A DNA stretch of 64,000 nt from NCBI GenBank assembly GCA_036381415.1, contig DASVCV010000004.1:33572-97571 (forward strand). The letters run 5' to 3'. Numbering within the stretch: position 1 is the stretch's first letter; each line of letters begins with the position of its first letter. Positions 57,193 to 64,000 of this stretch are shown one piece after another. The position numbers and the translations under genes are program-made. Below the pieces are notes generated by a model. That model was not told where the DNA came from. It was given only the letters and a program-made list of their open reading frames with translations, and searched no databases. This DNA comes from Patescibacteria group bacterium (GTDB taxonomy: Bacteria > Patescibacteriota > Microgenomatia > UBA8517).

Positions 57193-57716
57193 TTTTGTGT
57201 TTTACTTTCTACAATATCGTTAAAGGCATCGACTGAATTTTTAATTTGGAGTAAAGAATCATGAGAATCAATTGGAGTCAAACTGGAGACATCTAAAACA
57301 TATGCTCTTCCCATGCTGTCTTTGGGATTTACGACAATTGCATAATTGTCCATTCCTAGTTTAGTGCCTGCGTTAAATGCAACTTTGCCAATTTTTTCAA
57401 TTTGAGCTTTGACTTCATCAAGATTTTTGAGATTCACTGGCACACGCGTATGAGTATCGATAATAGTATTTTTTCTACCTTGAGTCATGTCAGTTGCTTT
57501 CATTTTGTTTTTTTCAAATATAATAACTGGCGGCAATGGAATGTAGTCCACTTCTCCATTTTCTTGTGCTATACGAAATGATTCTCTTAAGTCATCGACT
57601 ATTTTTTGATTTCTTGCAGGATATGGAATAGATGTTTCTTTAATAAACATTCCATCTTTAATAAACTTAGATCCTTCTATTCCCGATACAATTTGTATTG
57701 TTTCTTCTTGATTCAT
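57189..57716 (-). CDS. hypothetical protein inserted between transketolase subunit genes
   Basis: 175 aa, no motif; 4-nt overlap downstream, 11-nt gap upstream. Confidence 0.4.
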   Translation of the reverse strand: MNQEETIQIVSGIEGSKFIKDGMFIKETSIPYPARNQKIVDDLRESFRIAQENGEVDYIPLPPVIIFEKNKMKATDMTQGRKNTIIDTHTRVPVNLKNLDEVKAQIEKIGKVAFNAGTKLGMDNYAIVVNPKDSMGRAYVLDVSSLTPIDSHDSLLQIKNSVDAFNDIVESKTQK

Positions 57717-57727
57717 ATTTTTAAATA

Positions 57728-58582
57728 TTATTGATGTTCACTTTTTATTTTCCCACTTAAGGTTCTTAATTCATCAAGAGCTATTTTTGCTTCATTTTCA
57801 TTTGGAGGCTTACCATGCCACTCAAACTTATTTTCCATAAAATCAACACCTTTTCCTGGAATTGTATGGGCAATAATTACAGTTGGGTTTTCGTATACTG
57901 CTCTTGCATGATTTACAGCATTAACTATCTCTTCAAAGTTATGGCCATCAATATGGAGGACATGCCAATTAAATGCTTTGTACTTATCTTCAAGAGGTTC
58001 CAGGGGCATCACATCTTCTGTGTAGCCATCTATCTGAATATTATTTCTATCTACAATTAAGGTTAGATTGGAAAGATTGTTTTTACCTGCAAAATTAACT
58101 GCTTCCCAATGGTTTCCTTCATCGTGCTCTCCGTCACTACATATGCAAAAAACGCGGAAGCGCTTTTGATCCATACGGCTGGCATATGCATAACCTGATG
58201 CTTGGGCAAGGCCAGATCCAAGAGGGCCTGATGTTGTTTCAACTCCGGGAAGCTTTAATCTTTCAGGGTGACCTTGGAGCCTTGTTCCTAGTTTTCTTAA
58301 AGTCTTAAGTTCAGAAATGGGGAAAAAGCCTGCATGTGCCATGGTTGCATATCTTACAGGACAAATGTGGCCATTTGAAAGAATTAATCTATCTCTTTCA
58401 TCCCAATAAGGATCTTTAGGATCATAGTTCATTATTTCAAAGTAAAGAGCAGTGAAAATATCTGCCATACCCAGAGGTCCTGCAGAGTGTCCTGAGCCTG
58501 CAGCAAGGAGCATTTTGATGATATCGCGCCTTATATCATTTGCTATTTTTTCTAAGTCTTCGGTTGATAATTTCATATACAA
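57728..58582 (-). CDS. transketolase, N-terminal (TPP-binding) subunit
   Basis: GSGHSAGPLGMADI, GDGEHDEGNHWEA. Confidence 0.9.
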   Translation of the reverse strand: MYMKLSTEDLEKIANDIRRDIIKMLLAAGSGHSAGPLGMADIFTALYFEIMNYDPKDPYWDERDRLILSNGHICPVRYATMAHAGFFPISELKTLRKLGTRLQGHPERLKLPGVETTSGPLGSGLAQASGYAYASRMDQKRFRVFCICSDGEHDEGNHWEAVNFAGKNNLSNLTLIVDRNNIQIDGYTEDVMPLEPLEDKYKAFNWHVLHIDGHNFEEIVNAVNHARAVYENPTVIIAHTIPGKGVDFMENKFEWHGKPPNENEAKIALDELRTLSGKIKSEHQ

Positions 58583-58585
58583 AAA

Positions 58586-59233
58586 TTATAGTTGAAATGC
58601 TTTTTCATTTTCATGAGTATCATCCTTCTTTTTAAGCAATTCTTCAAAAAGTTTAAGAGCATCGAGAGCTTCTTGGGGAGTATTTGCTACTCTATACACT
58701 TCTAGTTCCTCAGGCCTTATTCTCATATTATCTACGAAGGCTTTAATAATGTGATTCCAAAAATCTCCATATAAGATGAGGGGTTTGTGGTGACCAAAGT
58801 AAAGACGGGCTAATCCCCAGGCCATTCCAAATTCAGAGATGGTTCCTGTTCCTCCTTTAAAGACAACAAAGGCATGGCCTAATTCCAAAAGCTTAAGTGT
58901 TCTTTCCAAATAGTTTTGGGTTACTATTTCTTCATCAAAAGGGTTTTTTGGATCTCTTCCTTCAAAGTTTGCAACATCTTTGGGATAGAAAGTAACTCCA
59001 ACTACTTTTCCTCCTGAGGCTTTAGCTCCTTCTGAGACTGCTCTCATTACACCTGGCCCTCCCCCATTAATTGTAACCAAGCCTTGAGAGCTTAAAAATT
59101 TTGCGCATTCATACGCTTCCTTATAAAGAGGATCTGTTGGAGGTGCATCTGCAAACCCAAAGTAAGAAACTTGCTGAATCTTTCTGGGAGAATTGTCTAT
59201 TGGTTTAATTGGTTGGGCAGTATCTGGCTTCAT
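58586..59233 (-). CDS. LOG-family Rossmann-fold protein (TIGR00730)
   Basis: GGGPGVMRAV and PGGTGTISE motifs. Confidence 0.8.
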   Translation of the reverse strand: MKPDTAQPIKPIDNSPRKIQQVSYFGFADAPPTDPLYKEAYECAKFLSSQGLVTINGGGPGVMRAVSEGAKASGGKVVGVTFYPKDVANFEGRDPKNPFDEEIVTQNYLERTLKLLELGHAFVVFKGGTGTISEFGMAWGLARLYFGHHKPLILYGDFWNHIIKAFVDNMRIRPEELEVYRVANTPQEALDALKLFEELLKKKDDTHENEKAFQL

Positions 59234-59865
59234 GGCAATATAAATTTTTTAATGTTTTCTTCTAAATCTCCTTCAAATAACCTTTTTCCTACTACAATTT
59301 CATCTACATGCAAATCCACAAGATCTTTAACAACACTAGGAGTTACTCCTCCATCAACACATATTCTAAATTTAAAATTACCTTTTTCTCTTAACTTATA
59401 TAAACCTTCTAATTTGTCAAAAACCTTGGTATCAAATTTTTGTCCAGCAAAACCTGCTGGAACGCTCATTACTAATATTACATCAATGCTTGTTAATGTT
59501 TGAGGAGTAATACTTCCAATTGGAGTAGCAAGATCTAAAGCAAGACCAACTTTTGATCCAGTTCCTTCAACTTTGGCAATAAACTCAAGCTGATTGGACA
59601 TTTTTTCAATTTGCCCAATTATTCTGTCTGCTTGCCCTGTTGCTGCTTTTTCCACCCAATCAATTGGGTCTTTTGTCATGAGGTGGAAATCAAGAAGTAG
59701 ATCTGTATCAATAGTAGATAGAATGCTAGGATCTATGGTTTTATTATCTGCAAAGTTTCCATCAATAATATCAATTTGAATTCTTGCTGATTTGCCTTCT
59801 GCAATTTTGACAAGATCTGCCAATTCAGAAGGATTATTTGTAAGTATTGCTGGTATTATTTCCAT
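59230..59865 (-). CDS. ribulose-phosphate 3-epimerase-like TIM-barrel protein
   Basis: IDIIDGNF, DFHLM, ILVMSVPAGFAGQKF, DGGV. Confidence 0.65.
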   Translation of the reverse strand: MEIIPAILTNNPSELADLVKIAEGKSARIQIDIIDGNFADNKTIDPSILSTIDTDLLLDFHLMTKDPIDWVEKAATGQADRIIGQIEKMSNQLEFIAKVEGTGSKVGLALDLATPIGSITPQTLTSIDVILVMSVPAGFAGQKFDTKVFDKLEGLYKLREKGNFKFRICVDGGVTPSVVKDLVDLHVDEIVVGKRLFEGDLEENIKKFILP

Positions 59866-59901
59866 TAGAGTAATAATTCTTTAGCTATTTGATTTTTAAG
59901 C

Positions 59902-60141
59902 TTAATAAGGCGGTAAACAATCAATATTTCCTGCCCATTCAGTTGTACCGATACATTTGCCTTTCCCTAATGGTATTCCTTTACATTGTAAAAACCCTCT
60001 TCCACATCCCTTGTCGATGGTCCAACCGAATCGAAAAGTCGCAATTAATAATAAAGCTAGTATGAGAAATACAAAAATTAGAACAATTTTAAACAAAGGC
60101 GAGTGAAATAGTACCTTAATACTTATTCTTAACCTTTTCAT
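59902..60141 (-). CDS. small hypothetical membrane protein
   Basis: 79 aa, one TM, Cys-rich C-terminus. Confidence 0.3.
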   Translation of the reverse strand: MKRLRISIKVLFHSPLFKIVLIFVFLILALLLIATFRFGWTIDKGCGRGFLQCKGIPLGKGKCIGTTEWAGNIDCLPPY

Positions 60142-61274
60142 TTATCTAAATTAAGACTCAAGGTAAGAGGATCTTTGGGGGCAACAGTACTTCCTAGACT
60201 ATTTCCTATTCTTACTACCTGCTCAACAAGCCTATTTGTGTAGCCCCACTCATTGTCATACCATGCAAAAATTTTAACTAAATTGCCACCAATTACTTGG
60301 GTTAATTCTAGATCAACAATTGAAGATTCACTTCTTCCTATGATATCTGAGGAAACTAAGGGTTCTTCTGAAACTGCTAGAACTCCCTTAAAAAGCGCAC
60401 TTTGGGAAGCTTCTTTTAAAGCACTATTTATTTCTTCAACAGTGACTGGCTTTTTGGTGACAATTGCAAAATCGCTAATGGATCCTGTTATAACTGGAAC
60501 TCGTAAGGCACGGCCGTCAAAAAGTCCTTTAAGTTCCGGAATTGTTTCTGTTGTTGAGACTGCAGCTCCTGTTGTTGTAGGAATAATATTTGCTGCTGCA
60601 GCACGAGCTCTTCTCATGTCTTTGTGGGAATTATCGTGCAGGTTTTGATCGTCAGTGTAGGCATGAATTGTAGTGAGTGCTGCTTTTTCAATACCAAACT
60701 TAGAATGAATTACTGCAGCAACTGGGGCAACTGAGTTTGTAGTACAAGAAGAATTAGAAACTACATCTTGGCCGGGAGTATATTCATTTACACCAATAAT
60801 ATATGTACTTATGTTTCCTCCTTTTGGAGGAGCTGATATAACTATTCTTTTAGCACCTCCAACAGCGTGTTTTTTGGCATCTTCTTGAGTGGTAAACCTA
60901 CCGGTGGATTCTATCACTACATCTACTCCATACTTTCCCCAAGGAATTTTTGCTGGATCTTTTTGAGCAAGAACTGGAATCTTTTTATTTTCTATTATTA
61001 GATTTCCAATTTGAGGATCTTCATCAGTAACTTCGTCAGGTTTCTTTAATTCTTCAAAAGTAACTTCTTTTTCAAACTTTCTATAAGTAGTGTCATAGTT
61101 AAGAAGATGAGCCCAGCCTGAAGTGGGCATTGATCCTGAAGTATTAATTGCGGCAAACTCCAATTCTTGAGAGTGTTTAATACTTCCTACTCTAAATGCA
61201 AGTCTTCCAATACGACCGAAGCCGTTAATTCCTACTTTAACCATATTCTTAAAATAAATTTTCTGATAATACAA
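60138..61274 (-). CDS. gap: glyceraldehyde-3-phosphate dehydrogenase
   Basis: INGFGRIGR, active site SCTTN. Confidence 0.95.
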   Translation of the reverse strand: MYYQKIYFKNMVKVGINGFGRIGRLAFRVGSIKHSQELEFAAINTSGSMPTSGWAHLLNYDTTYRKFEKEVTFEELKKPDEVTDEDPQIGNLIIENKKIPVLAQKDPAKIPWGKYGVDVVIESTGRFTTQEDAKKHAVGGAKRIVISAPPKGGNISTYIIGVNEYTPGQDVVSNSSCTTNSVAPVAAVIHSKFGIEKAALTTIHAYTDDQNLHDNSHKDMRRARAAAANIIPTTTGAAVSTTETIPELKGLFDGRALRVPVITGSISDFAIVTKKPVTVEEINSALKEASQSALFKGVLAVSEEPLVSSDIIGRSESSIVDLELTQVIGGNLVKIFAWYDNEWGYTNRLVEQVVRIGNSLGSTVAPKDPLTLSLNLDK

Positions 61275-61335
61275 TTACCAGAGCAATTTCATATTAGCAA
61301 AAATTGTTCCAAACTTAAATCTGTAAAAGAGAAAG

Positions 61336-61536
61336 TTATCTTTTTTTCTTTTTGTTAGTTAACATTGCATAGGCTCCCCAGAGACCTGCTGCTCCTATTA
61401 AAAGATAGATAATTTTAACAATTACTGGCCAGCCTGCTACTAATGCTCCGACAAGATTTAAATCTAAGAGTCCAACTAATCCCCAGTTTATAGCTCCAAG
61501 TACTACTAACCACTTAGAAACAGTTTTTAATTCCAT
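61336..61536 (-). CDS. DUF378 small membrane protein
   Basis: VVLGAINWGLVGL pattern. Confidence 0.6.
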   Translation of the reverse strand: MELKTVSKWLVVLGAINWGLVGLLDLNLVGALVAGWPVIVKIIYLLIGAAGLWGAYAMLTNKKKKR

Positions 61537-61578
61537 TTTTACTCACCCCCAAGTCCTAATTAAACAGTAGCACTTTTT

Positions 61579-62544
61579 TTACTTTTGAAGAAGAGCTTTG
61601 ATACCAGGAAGAGTGTGGTAACTTAGAAACTCCAACATTGCTCCACCCCCTACTGATACCCAATCAAATTTTTCTTTTAAGCTTAGCAAGCTAATTGCTC
61701 TTTCTGTATCTCCACCACCTGCGACTTTGTAGGCATCTGACTCCACAACTGCCTTAAACACTCTTTGGGTCCCCTGCCGGTGTCCTTCTTCTTCAAACTT
61801 ACCAAGAGGACCAGAAAGGACTATTGTTTTTGCTTTTGCAATCTCTTTTTCAAAATCTTCAATTGCGTGGAGAGAAATATCTTCCTTGTCTGCAATAAGT
61901 CCTGCAACAATTACTTTAGGGTTTTTACGTAAAGGAGAGGCGTCGTGGATATAATCAGGAAGTCTGCCGCCAATTAATATCATGTCTGCCATTTTTAAAA
62001 ACTCTTCAACATATTTTACTTTGTCATCTTTTACTCCACTTATTATTACAACAACAGGACGCTTTGAATCTTCAAAAACTTTAGAAAGATTCTCAACTTC
62101 TTGACTAAATCTAATGCCTGCTGCATGAGGAAGAAGAGAAGGCAAAGCTACAATTGAGGCATGAGATCTATGAGAGGAAGCAAATGCTTCATTTACAAAA
62201 AAATCTTGGTTTTGAGCAAGGCTTTTGGCAAACTCTAAATCATTTTTTTCTTCCCCTCCATTAAACCTAAGGTTTTCTAAAACTTCTATTTTATCTTTAA
62301 CATTTAATAGTTTTTCTATTTCATCTTTAAAAGGTAAAACAGAAAGTGAAGGATCATTTCCTGTGGGGCGCCCTTTGTGTCCAATAACAGTAACTTGACA
62401 GTTCTTCTCTAACAGAAAATTGAGTGTTGAAAGAGATGCTTCTAATCTTGTTAGATCACCTTCTGGAGTGTCTAGATCAAGCCTAACTAATACTTTTTTG
62501 CCACTTATATCAATTGCGGTGTCTTTAATATTAGGAATATTCAT
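61579..62544 (-). CDS. pgk: phosphoglycerate kinase (compact, 321 aa)
   Basis: VLVRLDLDTP, NLRFNGGEEKND, ASSHRSHAS, VAGGGDT. Confidence 0.8.
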   Translation of the reverse strand: MNIPNIKDTAIDISGKKVLVRLDLDTPEGDLTRLEASLSTLNFLLEKNCQVTVIGHKGRPTGNDPSLSVLPFKDEIEKLLNVKDKIEVLENLRFNGGEEKNDLEFAKSLAQNQDFFVNEAFASSHRSHASIVALPSLLPHAAGIRFSQEVENLSKVFEDSKRPVVVIISGVKDDKVKYVEEFLKMADMILIGGRLPDYIHDASPLRKNPKVIVAGLIADKEDISLHAIEDFEKEIAKAKTIVLSGPLGKFEEEGHRQGTQRVFKAVVESDAYKVAGGGDTERAISLLSLKEKFDWVSVGGGAMLEFLSYHTLPGIKALLQK

Positions 62545-62553
62545 ATGACAAAA

Positions 62554-63003
62554 CTAATTATTTGCTTCTATTTTTTTGATATCTGAAAGCCTTTTCTTAT
62601 GCCTTTTTGCATTATCAAACTCAGTAACTAAAAATGCTTTAACCATCTTTTTAGCATCTACCTCTTTGGTAAAGTCAGCAGCTAAAACTAAAATATTCAT
62701 ATCATCATCTTTACGGCCAGCTTCAACCTGTTTTGGAGTTTTCCCAATTGAACTTCTAATGCCATCAAATTTATTAGCTACAGCATCTACTCCAACACCA
62801 GATCCACAAAGAAGGATGCCTTGCGAGTTATCATCATTTGCAACAAGGGATGCTACTTGTTGAGCATATTTAGTGTAGTCATCATTTGGATCAAATGTTG
62901 AGGCTCCTACATCTTCAAACTTATATCTTTCGTCAAACAGCCATTTTGCTATTTTCTCTTTTAAGTGAAATCCTCTGTGGTCAGCTCCAATATATACTCT
63001 CAT
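62554..63003 (-). CDS. rpiB: ribose-5-phosphate isomerase B
   Basis: IGADHRGF, LLCGSGVG. Confidence 0.9.
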   Translation of the reverse strand: MRVYIGADHRGFHLKEKIAKWLFDERYKFEDVGASTFDPNDDYTKYAQQVASLVANDDNSQGILLCGSGVGVDAVANKFDGIRSSIGKTPKQVEAGRKDDDMNILVLAADFTKEVDAKKMVKAFLVTEFDNAKRHKKRLSDIKKIEANN

Positions 63004-63014
63004 ATCCTTACTTT

Positions 63015-63674
63015 TTATTTGAATCCTTCAATCAAATCAAGTAGCTCTTTTTTGGGATCTTGGGCTTTTACAATATCTGTAGCTACTGCTACTCCAACTG
63101 CTCCTAATTCTCTTGATTTTCTAACATCTTCAGATGAATGAATTCCAGCTCCTACTATTAAAGGAATTCCTTTGGCTCGAGTGATTTCAACTGCTTTGGC
63201 AATAATGTCAGGCTGGGCTGTTGCAACTGAAGTAGTAGTACTTCCTATTAACTCTCCCGGTTCATATGAGGCAAATGTGGGTGCAAGATCACAGACTTTA
63301 CTAAGCTCATCTAAATTTGAGGCAAAGATTAAGGTTTTCAGACCTAACTCATTTGCTCTTGCCACCATCATTTTAAGGTCTTCAAAGTTTTGAACTTTAT
63401 GTTCTGAATGGTTTAGGAGTGTTCCTTCGGCTCCTGCTTCTAAGACTTCTTCAGGAAGGATTGAGCCGGTGTGGGCTCCATACTCAACTGGGTCTATGTT
63501 TTGGATCCAAACTTCTAACTTGGAGGAAGTAGATATTGTTTTTAAATCTATTGCTTGAACACAAGGAATTACTTTTACATTATTTTGAGAAGATATTTCT
63601 TCAATAGCTTTTACCAAACTTAATGCTTTTTCTCCACTACCCTCTTTGTATGTTTTGAAATTAACAAAAATCAT
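63015..63674 (-). CDS. tpiA: triosephosphate isomerase, archaeal-type (219 aa)
   Basis: VNFKTY, TLLNHSEHK, YEPGELIGS, VGAGIHSSEDV; length and motifs match archaeal tetrameric TIMs rather than ~250-aa bacterial TIM. Confidence 0.8.
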   Translation of the reverse strand: MIFVNFKTYKEGSGEKALSLVKAIEEISSQNNVKVIPCVQAIDLKTISTSSKLEVWIQNIDPVEYGAHTGSILPEEVLEAGAEGTLLNHSEHKVQNFEDLKMMVARANELGLKTLIFASNLDELSKVCDLAPTFASYEPGELIGSTTTSVATAQPDIIAKAVEITRAKGIPLIVGAGIHSSEDVRKSRELGAVGVAVATDIVKAQDPKKELLDLIEGFK

Positions 63675-63693
63675 TTGTTCAAAATGTCAAAAA

Positions 63694-63948
63694 TTATGCT
63701 GGTAATCCCAGTATGGAACTAAATTTGCCTTTGTCAAAACCAATTATGGTTTCTTTTGTCCCATCATCTTTTGTTATGACAGTAAATGGAACTCCTAAGA
63801 ACCCATTTGAGACTTTACTCATCTCCTCTTTTGCTGCTTCATCTATGTCAACAAGTTTTTTCTCATACTGCTTGTTTCCTGCTTTAAGATAATCTTCAAG
63901 CATTTTACAGTATGGACAAGTTGTAGTTGTATAAACAATTATTTGCAT
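63694..63948 (-). CDS. glutaredoxin/NrdH-like redoxin
   Basis: CPYC active site, 84 aa. Confidence 0.8.
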   Translation of the reverse strand: MQIIVYTTTTCPYCKMLEDYLKAGNKQYEKKLVDIDEAAKEEMSKVSNGFLGVPFTVITKDDGTKETIIGFDKGKFSSILGLPA

Positions 63949-64000
63949 CCAAAAATCACCTCCTTAAATTAGCCTAGTTACTAAGAATATAAAACAAACC

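Noticed and set aside
1-64000. CRISPR array / cas genes, IS elements, rRNA
   Set aside because: No spacer-interleaved repeats and no transposase or Cas-like ORFs recognised; the only tandem repeat (44419-44516) has no spacers.

Overview
This window looks like a low-GC (~35%), gene-dense bacterial chromosome segment with almost all genes on the minus strand. The gene content suggests a Candidate-Phyla-Radiation/Patescibacteria-like organism (inference): two class A PBPs, FtsH, an AdoCbl-dependent class II RNR with a PduO-type adenosyltransferase, a standalone 5'-3' exonuclease, an ATP-dependent DNA ligase, an archaeal-type triosephosphate isomerase, split transketolase genes and a compact glycolysis/pentose-phosphate cluster.

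Main blocks:
- A two-component system with nearby small membrane-protein genes (2.2-4.8 kb).
- A tRNA-Glu/Lys/Gln cluster (5.0-5.25 kb).
- A thioredoxin/DsbA operon with an embedded Pro/Thr-rich ORF (6.7-9.2 kb).
- A tight CsoR-controlled copper operon ending in copA (9.3-14.7 kb). It carries unusual cargo: a periplasmic rhodanese fused to a Cys-rich domain, a CxxC membrane protein, a DUF1573-like protein, Met-rich small peptides and a cupredoxin. It has a textbook CsoR operator palindrome, and a divergent unit encodes a membrane-cupredoxin fusion plus CopZ.
- A DNA repair/maintenance block (ligase, Fic, Nnr, RecF, Fpg, exonuclease, FtsH, TrpS).
- A short tmRNA-like gene followed by a two-gene HTH/'nuclease-TPR' module, ftsB-xerD, a tRNA-Ile with anticodon UAU, and an orphan TraD/VirD4-like ATPase with small partners (33-41 kb).
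- nrdJ preceded by about 4.6 tandem 21-bp repeats.
- Two tandem PBP1A paralogs plus a class-A beta-lactamase-like protein.
- A gap-pgk-rpiB-tpi-grx / tkt-LOG-rpe sugar-phosphate cluster.

No CRISPR array, rRNA or obvious transposase was seen. All assignments come from motif-level reading of the translations and are untested against databases.
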